The notes: generated from the sequence alone by a model not told the origin. A stretch of 32,000 nt of DNA from Candidatus Saccharimonadota bacterium (GCA_041941795.1 CP145872.1:481179-513178); one strand, 5' to 3'. Shown: positions 18,663 to 28,584, numbered from the stretch's first letter. A program made the numbers and translations.

Positions 18663-19199
18663 ATGACAACCATAGTTAGTGTAAGACGCAAGGACCAAGT
18701 AGTGCTGGGGGGAGATGGGCAAGTAACACTAGGTCCCACTATAATGAAAGGAAATGCAAAGAAAGTACGTCGGCTTTATAATGATCGAGTGCTAGCTGGT
18801 TTTGCAGGAGGTACGGCCGATGCTTTTACATTATTCGAACGTTTTGAACGAAAATTGGTAATTTCTCAGGGTCATTTAGTAAAAGCTGCTGTAGAATTAG
18901 CAAAAGACTGGCGAACAGATCGAATCTTGCGGAGGCTAGAAGCCCTATTAGCAGTGGCGGATGAAACGTCATCTTTAATTATTACCGGCGATGGAGATGT
19001 AATTCAGCCTGAAAAGGATCTCATAGCAATAGGATCTGGGGGACCTTATGCTCAAGCAGCTGCTATAGCTATGTTAGAGACTACTAAAATGAATGCGCGG
19101 AAGATAACCGAAAAAGCTTTAATTATTGCCGGAGATATTTGTATTTATACCAACAAACATTTTACTATTGAAGAATTAACTTACACAGATAAAGGGTAA
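18663..19199 (+). CDS. hslV: ATP-dependent protease subunit HslV
   Basis: MTTIVSVRR (Thr2 nucleophile), [26 protein letters not shown] and GSGGPYA are colinear with E. coli HslV. Confidence 0.97.
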   Translation: MTTIVSVRRKDQVVLGGDGQVTLGPTIMKGNAKKVRRLYNDRVLAGFAGGTADAFTLFERFERKLVISQGHLVKAAVELAKDWRTDRILRRLEALLAVADETSSLIITGDGDVIQPEKDLIAIGSGGPYAQAAAIAMLETTKMNARKITEKALIIAGDICIYTNKHFTIEELTYTDKG

Positions 19200-19210
19200 G
19201 GATCTGGATT

Positions 19211-20545
19211 ATGTCGGAAATGACCCCTCGCGAAATAGTCAGTGAGCTAGATAGGTTTATTATTGGTCAGAACAGCGCTAAACGAGCGGTAGCAATTGCT
19301 TTACGTAACCGCTGGAGACGAATGCAATTAAATGAAGAACTGCGTCAGGAGGTAACACCAAAAAATATTCTTATGATTGGTCCTACTGGAGTAGGAAAGA
19401 CAGAAATAGCTCGTCGTTTAGCACGACTAGCACATGCACCTTTTATTAAAGTAGAAGCTACTAAATTTACAGAAGTTGGGTATGTAGGTAAAGAGGTAGA
19501 TTCTATCATTCGGGATCTGACAGATTCAGCCATTAAAATGGTTCGAATTCGTTCTATGGAACAAAATCAATACCGAGCCGAACAAAGGGCTGAAGAACGT
19601 ATACTGGACGTATTAATACCTCCTCCTAAAAATAAATGGGGAAAAAATGAAGATTCTCAACCAGGTTACAATGAGAATAGACAAGCTTGGCGACAAAAAC
19701 TCCAAGAAGGACGCCTAGATGATAAAGAAATAGAAATTTCTCTCATTTCTACCCCTATGGGAGTAGAAATTATGGCTCCTCCCGGAATGGAAGAGATGAC
19801 TAGTCAGTTACAATCCATGTTCCAAAATTTAAGTGGTCAAAAACAAAAAACACATAAGTTAAAAATTTTCGATGCCATGAAAATTTTGATAGAAGAAGAA
19901 TCAGCCAAATTAATTAATCCAGAAGATTTAAAACAAGAAGCCATTGAAGCAGTAGAACAACATGGAATTGTATTTATCGACGAAATTGACAAAATTTGTA
20001 CACGAGGAGAAACTGCGGGACCGGATGTTTCAAGAGAAGGAGTCCAACGCGATCTCTTACCCTTAGTTGAAGGATGTAATGTTTCAACTAAACATGGGAT
20101 GGTAAAAACTGATCACATTCTATTTATTGCTTCCGGAGCATTTCAAGTAGCTATTCCTTCAGACTTGATTCCCGAACTTCAAGGACGCCTCCCTATTCGA
20201 GTAGAATTACAAGCACTAACAACCAATGATTTTGAACGCATTTTAACTGAGCCTAGTGCTTCTATTACTAGACAGTATAAGGAACTAATGGCTACCGAAG
20301 GAGTGACTATTGAGTTCACTAATGATGGAATTCGGCGGATTGCAGAATCGGCATGGCAAGTGAATGAAAGTAACGAAAATATCGGTGCCAGACGTTTACA
20401 CACAGTATTAGAGCGTTTAATGGAAGAAATATCTTATGAAGCTAGTGATCGTAGGGGGGATAAAATTACGATTAATGCAAAATACGTAGGTGAGCATCTT
20501 GATAAACTGGTAGCCGATGAAGATTTGAGTAGATTTATTTTATAA
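19211..20545 (+). CDS. hslU: ATP-dependent protease ATPase subunit HslU
   Basis: [19 protein letters not shown], Walker [16 protein letters not shown], Walker [12 protein letters not shown] and C-terminal DLSRFIL are colinear with E. coli HslU. Confidence 0.97.
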   Translation: MSEMTPREIVSELDRFIIGQNSAKRAVAIALRNRWRRMQLNEELRQEVTPKNILMIGPTGVGKTEIARRLARLAHAPFIKVEATKFTEVGYVGKEVDSIIRDLTDSAIKMVRIRSMEQNQYRAEQRAEERILDVLIPPPKNKWGKNEDSQPGYNENRQAWRQKLQEGRLDDKEIEISLISTPMGVEIMAPPGMEEMTSQLQSMFQNLSGQKQKTHKLKIFDAMKILIEEESAKLINPEDLKQEAIEAVEQHGIVFIDEIDKICTRGETAGPDVSREGVQRDLLPLVEGCNVSTKHGMVKTDHILFIASGAFQVAIPSDLIPELQGRLPIRVELQALTTNDFERILTEPSASITRQYKELMATEGVTIEFTNDGIRRIAESAWQVNESNENIGARRLHTVLERLMEEISYEASDRRGDKITINAKYVGEHLDKLVADEDLSRFIL

Positions 20546-20838
20546 AACTAAATAGGGTGTAAGTTAGATATACTTATTTTTACACCTCCAAGTAACCACT
20601 CTAATTTTATCTCTTCCTAATCTAGATAAATCACATCTACATATAATGATCATCTTAATTAATTTTCAATAAGATTGTTCTCTTTAGCAGTTAAAGAGAA
20701 CAGTCCTGTTATGTAGAGTGCTAGTAATTATCTCCGTAATTCTAACGGTAATTTTCCAGAAAATAAAACTTCTTGAGCAGTTGTTTAATGACCTGATTAT
20801 TACTCAGGTTAAGTTTTTTGATATCAGGAATTATGCCT

Positions 20839-22335
20839 ATGTCTAAAAAATATATAGTTGCTCTTGATCAAGGTACTACCAGTTCTCGCGTTTTGGTAGT
20901 TGATCACGATGTTAATATCGTAGCTATTTCACAACATGAATTAAAACAAATTTATCCTCGCTACGGATGGGTAGAGCATGATCCGTTGGATATATGGAAT
21001 TCACAATGTTCTGCTCTCGTCAAAGCATTATCTTATGCAGGTATTAAATGTGAACAAATAGCTGGCATTGGTATAACTAATCAGCGTGAGACCACTTTAA
21101 TTTGGGATAAATACACAGGTAAACCCGTTTATAATGCTATCGTCTGGCAATGTTCTCGTACTGCTAAATTATGTGATAAATTCAAAACAGAGGGATTAGA
21201 GAATTATATTCATCAAACTACTGGACTAGTATTAAATCCTTATTTTTCTGCTACTAAAGCCAAATGGATCTTAGATAATATTGCAGGAGTACGTATTCGA
21301 GCCCAACGAGGAGAATTATTATTTGGTACCATTGATACCTGGCTAGTTTGGCAGCTAACTCAGGGTCGTGTTCATGTCACAGATTATACCAATGCTTCCC
21401 GCACAATGCTGTTTAATATTCATACCCTAGAATGGGATCAGAATTTGTTAGATATATTTGATATACCCAAGGGTATCTTACCAGAAGTACGTTCTTCATC
21501 CGAAATTTATGGTCCTGTTAATATAGAGGGATTGTATGGAAAAAATATTTATATTGCCGGTATAGCAGGTGATCAACAGGCATCGCTTTATGGTCAACTA
21601 TGTGTGAAATTCGGCATGACTAAAAATACTTATGGGACGGGTTGTTTTATGTTGATGAATACTAATAATGCAGTAATTCATTCGACTCATGGTTTATTGA
21701 CTACTATTGCATGTGGACCATCCGGAGAAGTTAACTATGCTCTGGAAGGAACAGTATTTATTGGAGGAGCCTCTATCCAATGGCTTCGGGATGAAATGAA
21801 AATGATTACTCATGCGGCAGATTCGGAACACTATGCTACTGAAGTGAATAATACTAATGGTATATATGTAGTGCCGGCTTTTACTGGATTAGGAGCACCT
21901 TATTGGGATCCGTATGCGAGAGGAGCAATTTTGGGACTCACAAGAGATTCTAATGCCAGTCATATCATTCGTGCCACCCTAGAATCTATTGCTTTTCAAA
22001 CTCGTGATGTTATAGAAGCAATGCAAGCTGACATCGGATCCTCTCTGAATAGACTTCGCGTAGATGGAGGAGCAGTCACTAATAATTTTCTAATGCAATT
22101 TCAAGCTGATATCCTAGGTATTCGTGTAGAAAGACCAAAGCTCCGAGAAGTTACGGCCCTGGGAGCATCCTTTTTAGCTGGACTTGCAGTAGGTTTTTGG
22201 CTCTCTTTAGAAGAGATCCATTCAAAATTAATCATGGAACATTGTTTTATTCCTAAAACTAATCCCACAGAACGAAATAATAGTTATGCTCACTGGAGAA
22301 AAGCTGTATCTCTAACACAGAAATGGAATATGTGA
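20839..22335 (+). CDS. glpK: Glycerol kinase
   Basis: [63 protein letters not shown] and [18 protein letters not shown] are colinear with E. coli GlpK. I prefer ATG 20839 (AGGA 9 nt upstream) over the ORF-track TTG 20818. Confidence 0.95.
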   Translation: MSKKYIVALDQGTTSSRVLVVDHDVNIVAISQHELKQIYPRYGWVEHDPLDIWNSQCSALVKALSYAGIKCEQIAGIGITNQRETTLIWDKYTGKPVYNAIVWQCSRTAKLCDKFKTEGLENYIHQTTGLVLNPYFSATKAKWILDNIAGVRIRAQRGELLFGTIDTWLVWQLTQGRVHVTDYTNASRTMLFNIHTLEWDQNLLDIFDIPKGILPEVRSSSEIYGPVNIEGLYGKNIYIAGIAGDQQASLYGQLCVKFGMTKNTYGTGCFMLMNTNNAVIHSTHGLLTTIACGPSGEVNYALEGTVFIGGASIQWLRDEMKMITHAADSEHYATEVNNTNGIYVVPAFTGLGAPYWDPYARGAILGLTRDSNASHIIRATLESIAFQTRDVIEAMQADIGSSLNRLRVDGGAVTNNFLMQFQADILGIRVERPKLREVTALGASFLAGLAVGFWLSLEEIHSKLIMEHCFIPKTNPTERNNSYAHWRKAVSLTQKWNM

Positions 22336-22524
22336 ATCGATCCTAAGTTCTTCTCAGGTCATGAATTAAGACCTAAGAATATCTCTAAAATTAGAGTATT
22401 TTAACTATTGATTATAATCCTAGGAAAAAGGTATTTTATCCGCTAAATTATGAAATTGATAAATATCAGTACTCATCTCATGGATGAACAGTTTAGTTTA
22501 TGAGATAATAGAAGAGGAGATGTT

Positions 22525-23280
22525 ATGATGAATAAATGGATAGTAGCAAAAGTAACTGCGATCAAACACTGGACCGAAAACTTATTTACCCTCCATGTAG
22601 AAGCACCCGTCTCTCCTTTTATGGCTGGTCAATTTACAAAACTCGGCTTTCAAATTAATAATAAATGTATAATACAACGAGCTTATTCGTTTGTGAACGC
22701 TCCGAGTGATAAAAACTTAGAGTTTTATTTAGTCACTGTTAAAGGCGGTCACCTAAGTACTTATTTACATGGTCTTTCTATAGGCGATCAAATATTAATT
22801 GCTAAAGACTCCGCGGGATTTTTTGTTCTTCATGAGATTCCAAGTTGTAATAATTTATGGATGTTAGCTACGGGTACCGCTATAGGACCATATTTATCTA
22901 TTCTGCAGGAAGGAAAAGATCTAGAAAGATTCGCTAATATAGTCCTTGTACATGCAGTGCGGTATCAGCAAGATATGTGTTATCTTCCCCTAATGCGTAA
23001 ACTTCAGCATAAATATAGGGAGAAACTTTATATCCAAACAATAGTCAGTCGTGAAAAGGTAAGAGGGTCCTTGTTAGGACATATACCTCCATTAATATCT
23101 AATGGAACATTGGAACATAGTATTGGTCTAAAAATTCAACATCAACATAGTCACATAATGTTGTGTGGAAATCCTAATATGGTCCGATCAACACAAGACG
23201 TACTAAAGAATACTAAAAATATGAAAAAACATTTACGTCGGGGACCCCCAGGACATATAAGTACTGAACATTATTGGTAA
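22525..23280 (+). CDS. fpr: Ferredoxin/flavodoxin-NADP+ reductase
   Basis: AGQFTKLG, RAYSFVN.P, LEFYLVTV, LWMLATGTAIGPYLSIL, MLCGNP.MV and C-terminal EHYW are colinear with E. coli Fpr. Confidence 0.93.
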   Translation: MMNKWIVAKVTAIKHWTENLFTLHVEAPVSPFMAGQFTKLGFQINNKCIIQRAYSFVNAPSDKNLEFYLVTVKGGHLSTYLHGLSIGDQILIAKDSAGFFVLHEIPSCNNLWMLATGTAIGPYLSILQEGKDLERFANIVLVHAVRYQQDMCYLPLMRKLQHKYREKLYIQTIVSREKVRGSLLGHIPPLISNGTLEHSIGLKIQHQHSHIMLCGNPNMVRSTQDVLKNTKNMKKHLRRGPPGHISTEHYW

Positions 23281-23355
23281 TTTAATGCATGCATTTTTTT
23301 TCCCAGTCAGTATTTTATTTTTTAGTTTATTTAATGAAATAAGAGAAATATTGAA

Positions 23356-24150
23356 ATGCGATATCCCTTAGTTATAGGTAATTGGAAACTTAATGGTAAT
23401 AACCAAATGGTGAGAGATTACATTGCCACTCTACGAAGTCAGCTTAAAAATATTAAATTTTGTAGGGTAATAATTGCTCCTCCGATAATGTATGTATTCC
23501 AAGCTCATCAAGAGATTGAGGGTAGTTCTATCCTACTAGCAGCACAAAATATAGATATTCATTTAACAGGAGCTTATACTGGAGATATATCAGCGCAAAT
23601 GATAAAAGATATAGGCGCACAATATATTATGGTTGGACATGCGGAACGACGAATATATCATCACGAAAATGATGATTTGATTGCAAAAAAATTTTCTCTT
23701 GTGAAAAAGTTAGGTCTTATACCAGTACTGTGCATTGGTGAAAATCAAGGAGAAAATCAAAAGGGTAAAACGATGGAAGTCTGTATTCGACAACTAAACG
23801 CTCTAATTGATAGAGAGGGGGTTAATGCATTTCAGAATGTAGTCATTGCTTATGAACCATTATGGTCCATTGGAACTGGATTCGGTGCGTCACCAAACGA
23901 GGTACAATTCATACATAAATTTCTTCGAGAACATATTGCCAAACATAGCGAAGCTATAGCTGAGAGTTTAGTTATTCAATATGGAGGTTCCGTTAATACT
24001 GCAAATGCAGCAGAATACTTTAATAAACCTGATATTGACGGGTTATTAGTAGGCGAATCTTCTTTAAATCCATTTAAATTTGCTAAAATTGTCCAAACGG
24101 CAGAAAATATCTATCGAATGAATAATTTAAGAGCTCTTAATAAAGAGTAA
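23356..24150 (+). CDS. tpiA: Triosephosphate isomerase
   Basis: R.PLVIGNWKLNG, GAYTGDIS, VGHAERR, CIGE, AYEPLWSIGTG and QYGGSV are the standard TIM motifs. Confidence 0.95.
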   Translation: MRYPLVIGNWKLNGNNQMVRDYIATLRSQLKNIKFCRVIIAPPIMYVFQAHQEIEGSSILLAAQNIDIHLTGAYTGDISAQMIKDIGAQYIMVGHAERRIYHHENDDLIAKKFSLVKKLGLIPVLCIGENQGENQKGKTMEVCIRQLNALIDREGVNAFQNVVIAYEPLWSIGTGFGASPNEVQFIHKFLREHIAKHSEAIAESLVIQYGGSVNTANAAEYFNKPDIDGLLVGESSLNPFKFAKIVQTAENIYRMNNLRALNKE

Positions 24151-24378
24151 TATTTTATTATAAATAATACGCTTATTTTTTTATCTGCAATCCCTCTGGA
24201 ACAAGGAGCCTTTCTAATCTATCTCAGAAAGGAGTGAAATTTTAATTAGTGGTAAATTATCATCAAATTCTAAATATTGAATAAAGAAAATCGGTCTAGA
24301 TTTTCTGGTGCCAAGCTTGTGTCTTCCAGTGCCATTGGGAAGAAAATTAATTTTTTACTTAATATTAGTAAAAATTAT

Positions 24379-24822
24379 TCATTTAGTTCCCGATACTAAA
24401 GGTAGATGTTCTTTATTCCATCCCATGATTCCCCCTTCTAAAATATATATCTTTATAAAACCTAATTTTTTAATTTTTAAAGCAAATTGCTTTTCTTCAC
24501 TATAATTTCGCCCAGATCCTACTATAATAATAGGATACGATTTGTATTTTAGTAGTTCCTGCCAATAACCTTTCTTAATATTACTGGATAATATATTGAT
24601 AGAATTATATATATGTCCTTGGTAATACTGCTGCTGAGTTCGAATATCAATTACTTTAGCAGATTGTTTATTCATTAAAAGAGTTGCTTCAGTACAACTT
24701 ATCATATTTACGCGGTTAACTAAGGACGACTTAAGAGTGAAGACTACTGTCAACACCAATAATATTAACCAAGTATTACAGATTATAGGGTGTGAACTGT
24801 AAAACTGTATTATTTCGGCCAT
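24379..24822 (-). CDS. Membrane-anchored rhodanese-homology domain protein, YibN-like
   Basis: The 147-aa ORF has an N-terminal TM helix (WLILLVLTVVFTL) followed by a rhodanese-type pattern (VIDIRTQQQYYQGHIYNSINI ... PIIIVGSGRNYS ... ILEGGIMGW). The position where rhodaneses carry the catalytic Cys reads Gly (IVGSGRN). The YibN orthology is tentative. Confidence 0.6.
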   Translation of the reverse strand: MAEIIQFYSSHPIICNTWLILLVLTVVFTLKSSLVNRVNMISCTEATLLMNKQSAKVIDIRTQQQYYQGHIYNSINILSSNIKKGYWQELLKYKSYPIIIVGSGRNYSEEKQFALKIKKLGFIKIYILEGGIMGWNKEHLPLVSGTK

Positions 24823-25009
24823 TAAGATTTATAACTCCACTAAAATTTTAGTATCATCAAAAGATAGACATCCAGTATTTCACTCATCAGATTATCTATT
24901 TAACTCACTCTAATCCGATGCTTACAAGTATTGATTAAAAATTTAACTCCTCTCAAATAAGAGTCTTGCCATCAATTATAGGATAACATTGTGGTCATCA
25001 TATTAGCTC

Positions 25010-25831
25010 TTAAGTATCAATTAAGATTGACAATTTCGGCAAAAAAAAAGTACTGCGTTTTTGGTAGTTTATACGTTCAATTAATTTAGAACATTGATGG
25101 CATAACTCACCTGTACGTCCATATACATTAAGTAACTTTCTAAAAGTTCCTATCTGCCCATCGACGTGACAAAAATCTCGAATAGTAGTTCCTCCATAAA
25201 TTATGGCTCGTTGCAGTACTATTCCAATAGCTTCTACTAACTTTTGTGCTTCATTAAAATTTAATGTTGAAATTTTGCGAATCGGAAATATGCCGGCTAA
25301 AAATAAAGATTCATTAGCGTAAATATTACCAATTCCTACTACAAATTTATTATTCATTAAAAATGATTTAACTCCTAATCTGCAGTTACGAGATTTATTA
25401 AATAAATAAGAACCACAAAAATCGCTACTTAATGGTTCCGGTCCTAATGTTTTTATATACTCACAAGACTCCGGATCATTACTCCATCTCAAAGATCCAA
25501 ATTTACGTGGATCAGTGTAACGTAAAATTGTTTGGTTACTCATAACCATATCTATGTGATCATGTTTAGAGGATGATGTTTCCAATGAAACCAGCCGCAA
25601 GCTTCCCGACATCCCTAGGTGGACTATAATATAACCTAGGTTTAATTTGATGATGAGATATTTTGCTCTTCGTCGCACACTTAATATTTGCTGATTTCTA
25701 AGATCGTATATTTCTTTGGAAACGGGATATTTTAGAATACCATTACGAATCTTAGAAAAAAGAATAGTTTTACCTACAAGAGCTTTTTCTATCCCACGAC
25801 GAATCATTTCAACTTCGGGAAGTTCTGGCAT
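25010..25831 (-). CDS. mutM: Formamidopyrimidine-DNA glycosylase (Fpg/MutM), C-terminus frameshifted in a T9 tract
   Basis: MPELPEVE (the N-terminal catalytic Pro follows Met), the H2TH region and the first zinc-finger pair CHQC are present. After coding-strand T9 (plus-strand A9 at 25041-25049) the frame reads FFLPKLSILIDT* and lacks the second Cys pair. See the findings. Confidence 0.9.
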   Translation of the reverse strand: MPELPEVEMIRRGIEKALVGKTILFSKIRNGILKYPVSKEIYDLRNQQILSVRRRAKYLIIKLNLGYIIVHLGMSGSLRLVSLETSSSKHDHIDMVMSNQTILRYTDPRKFGSLRWSNDPESCEYIKTLGPEPLSSDFCGSYLFNKSRNCRLGVKSFLMNNKFVVGIGNIYANESLFLAGIFPIRKISTLNFNEAQKLVEAIGIVLQRAIIYGGTTIRDFCHVDGQIGTFRKLLNVYGRTGELCHQCSKLIERINYQKRSTFFLPKLSILIDT

Positions 25832-25870
25832 ATTAAATCTCTTTAAGAATCCGGATTCTGTCTGGGTGAA

Positions 25871-26038
25871 TTAAATTTTTGCTTCTTTATAAAAAACATG
25901 TTTCCTGATTTTAGGATCAAATTTTCTCAGCTGTATTTTTTCCGAATGATTTTTTTTATTTCTGGTAGTAGTGTAAAAATGTCCTGTTTGGGCCGAAGAA
26001 ACTAGTTTAATATTTTCTCTCGGAGTTTTTTTAGACAT
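25871..26038 (-). CDS. rpmG: 50S ribosomal protein L33
   Basis: Absent from the ORF track (55 aa). The minus strand reads [55 protein letters not shown]. This is colinear with E. coli L33 ([20 protein letters not shown]...LRKFDP..R.HV.YKEAKIK). It lies directly downstream of rpmB. Confidence 0.93.
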   Translation of the reverse strand: MSKKTPRENIKLVSSAQTGHFYTTTRNKKNHSEKIQLRKFDPKIRKHVFYKEAKI

Positions 26039-26291
26039 ATTTCTTATCCTTGTTTTTTGGGATATTAATTTTTATTTTTCTATCTGATAGGATTGACTTA
26101 ATGCCTTTTTTATCAATGTTGCGAATTCCTTTTCGAGTTACACGAAGTTTCACAAAGCGATTTTCTTCTTCTATCCAAAACTTATGAAAGTGTAAGTTAG
26201 GTCTAAAACGTCGTTTAGAAGCATTCATAGAGTGAGATCGCTTATTACCAACGGTAGGACGTTTACCAGTTACTTGACATAATCTTGACAT
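26031..26291 (-). CDS. rpmB: 50S ribosomal protein L28
   Basis: [39 protein letters not shown] is colinear with E. coli L28, so the start is ATG 26291 rather than the ORF-track 26348. The C-terminus is about 8 aa longer than in E. coli and overlaps the rpmG start by 8 nt. Confidence 0.93.
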   Translation of the reverse strand: MSRLCQVTGKRPTVGNKRSHSMNASKRRFRPNLHFHKFWIEEENRFVKLRVTRKGIRNIDKKGIKSILSDRKIKINIPKNKDKKYV

Positions 26292-26376
26292 AATTCTTTT
26301 ATACTTATATTTTATATCATATAATTCATTATACCTGATTTTTCTCATATAAGTAATATTATTTTCTTAGTTAATC

Positions 26377-26838
26377 ATGAAAAAAAATATAGAAATTAAA
26401 ATTCTTGATAAGAGACTAAAAAAACTTTTTCAATTACCTAGTTATGCTACTCCAGGATCTGCGGGACTAGATCTCAGAGCATGTATGGATCAAATGATTG
26501 AGTTATCTCCCGGAAAGACTATTCTTGTTTCAACTGGGTTAGCAATTCATATTAAAGATCCTACTTTAGCAGCAATAATTTTACCTAGATCTGGTTTGGG
26601 TCATCAACATGGAATTGTTTTGGGAAATTTAATTGGACTCATTGATTCAGACTACCAAGGGGAAATTATGATGTCAGTATGGAATCGGGGAGAAAAACAC
26701 TTTGTGATCACTCCGAATGAACGGATTGCACAATTAGTGTTTGTACCTATAGTGCAGGTTGCACTCAATATTGTGGACAATTTTAGTAGTTCTAGCCAAC
26801 GTGGAAGAGGAAGTTTTGGACATACGGGAAATATATAA
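26377..26838 (+). CDS. dut: dUTP diphosphatase
   Basis: [38 protein letters not shown] and [10 protein letters not shown] are colinear with E. coli Dut. Confidence 0.95.
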   Translation: MKKNIEIKILDKRLKKLFQLPSYATPGSAGLDLRACMDQMIELSPGKTILVSTGLAIHIKDPTLAAIILPRSGLGHQHGIVLGNLIGLIDSDYQGEIMMSVWNRGEKHFVITPNERIAQLVFVPIVQVALNIVDNFSSSSQRGRGSFGHTGNI

Positions 26839-27387
26839 TCTCAGACAGACTATGAATTTGTTAATTCAAATATAAACTGCTTATGGTGACTATAGAACTA
26901 TAGTAATAATTTTGACTAATTATGGCTATAATTAAGCACGTCGTCAAGAGATTAAAATGATGTTATAAAGAGAATAAAGTTCACTTAATAAGTGTATATA
27001 ATTACAAAAACTTTCCTGAATATGAGACATTGGTATTTTTACTATAAACTCACTTATTTTCTAAGTGACTAATAATGTTCTCTTAGATATATAAATAAAT
27101 TTTATGTTTTGGATAGATGCCTATATTTTAGGTTCACCAACAGTTAAATATCTAGAGTGATATGTTCTATCTTTTAGAACAAAAAAATTTGTAATTTTCC
27201 AGGATAAAGTGATCCTCTCTCTTATAAGAGAGATTCTTAATTTTATTATTTGTCTAGGACGATATACTTTTTATGTATGGATGATTTCTCAGTTGAGAAT
27301 ATCCAATATATTTGAGCTTCGTTATTATTGAATAATAGCTAGCATTAAACTTTTTAATATTTTTTTGAGAAGGAGGATAATTTTTAT

Positions 27388-28251
27388 ATGATTCGCAGCA
27401 TGACTGCTTTCACCAGAAATGAAATAAAAAGAGCGTGGGGACATGCGGTTTGGGAAATTCGTTCTGTCAATCAACGTTATCTAGAAACTTATCTGCGTAT
27501 TCCAGAATCTTTTCGAACTCTGGAACCAGAAATTCGTCAGCGTATAAGTAAAAAGTTAACCCGGGGAAAAATTGAATGTTTTTTACGATTTGACAGTAAT
27601 TCTCAATTATCCCTAAATATTAATAAATTACTTGTACAACAATTACTCCGAGTCGTCACTTGGATTCAATCACAAAATAATGGACAAGGTATAATTAATT
27701 GTTTTGATATTTTGCGATGGCCCGGAGTGATATTAACAGAAAAACTAGATTTCAATAGTATTGGAACGGAATTGCTAACTGTATTAGATAGTACTCTTGA
27801 TGATTTAATTAATATTCGTGAACTAGAAGGTTCTAGTTTAAAACGTTTTATTGAACAGCGATTAATTAATGTAAGTAATGAAGTAGCTAAAGTACGACTA
27901 CTATTGCCAGATATAATTAAATTTCCAAACGAACGTCTGGTAGCAAAAGTGCAAGAAGCAAAAATGAAGTTAGAAGAGAATATATTTTTCCAAGACATTA
28001 TGTTGATTGTCCAACAACGGGGTGATGTGTCGGAAGAATTAGATCGCCTGGAGACACATATTAACCAGATTTATCATATTCTAAATAGGAAGGAGGCCAT
28101 TGGGCGACGATTAGATTTCATAATGCAGGAGTTAAACCGCGAATCTAATACTATAGCATCTAAGTCGATAAATTCCGAGTTAACTACATCAGCCATTGAA
28201 ATTAAAGTTCTAATTGAACAAATGAGAGAACAAATACAAAATATTGAATAG
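27388..28251 (+). CDS. yicC: YicC-family protein (stress-induced endoribonuclease family)
   Basis: MIRSMTAFTR, W.HAVWEIRSVNQRYLETY.R.PE.FR.LEP and the C-terminal RRLDF.MQE.NRESNT.ASKS...IE.KVLIEQMREQIQNIE are colinear with E. coli YicC. A strong RBS (AAGGAGG) lies upstream. Confidence 0.92.
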   Translation: MIRSMTAFTRNEIKRAWGHAVWEIRSVNQRYLETYLRIPESFRTLEPEIRQRISKKLTRGKIECFLRFDSNSQLSLNINKLLVQQLLRVVTWIQSQNNGQGIINCFDILRWPGVILTEKLDFNSIGTELLTVLDSTLDDLINIRELEGSSLKRFIEQRLINVSNEVAKVRLLLPDIIKFPNERLVAKVQEAKMKLEENIFFQDIMLIVQQRGDVSEELDRLETHINQIYHILNRKEAIGRRLDFIMQELNRESNTIASKSINSELTTSAIEIKVLIEQMREQIQNIE

Positions 28252-28299
28252 TGACGTAACTATCCCTCGTCTTGACGTATCGTCTTTTTATCTCTTGAT

Positions 28300-28554
28300 C
28301 TATTGAATATTATTTTTCCCTGATTGATGCGCAGACAAGGATTTACTTACATGTCTATCTTCATGCTTAATAATATCAAAAATACTTTTAGCAATTAATC
28401 TTGACTCAATTTCACGCAGTGCAATTACCGTACATTTATCGTTTTTTGCAGTACCTAAGATGTTCTGATTATAAATTTGGATCTGTCGTGCCCTTTTAGT
28501 GGCTAGAAGCACTAAATCAAAACGATTACAAATTTTTTCTAATGCATTTTGCAC
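28300..28554 (-). CDS. rpoZ: RNA polymerase omega subunit; true start unclear
   Basis: VQNALEKICNRFDLVLLATKRARQIQ...KCTVIALREIE is colinear with E. coli RpoZ residues 6 onward. The ORF-track start is GTG 28554. The ancestral ATG (28570-28568) is one base out of frame. It lies downstream of gmk, as in E. coli. Confidence 0.85.
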   Translation of the reverse strand: MQNALEKICNRFDLVLLATKRARQIQIYNQNILGTAKNDKCTVIALREIESRLIAKSIFDIIKHEDRHVSKSLSAHQSGKNNIQ

Positions 28555-28584
28555 TGTTATCCGAACCCATACCTACTATTTCCT

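Noticed and set aside
23281-23310. AATGCATGCATT followed by T8 after fpr, considered as an intrinsic terminator.
   Set aside because: The palindrome has no loop. A realistic hairpin would have only a 3-4 bp stem, which is too weak to call.
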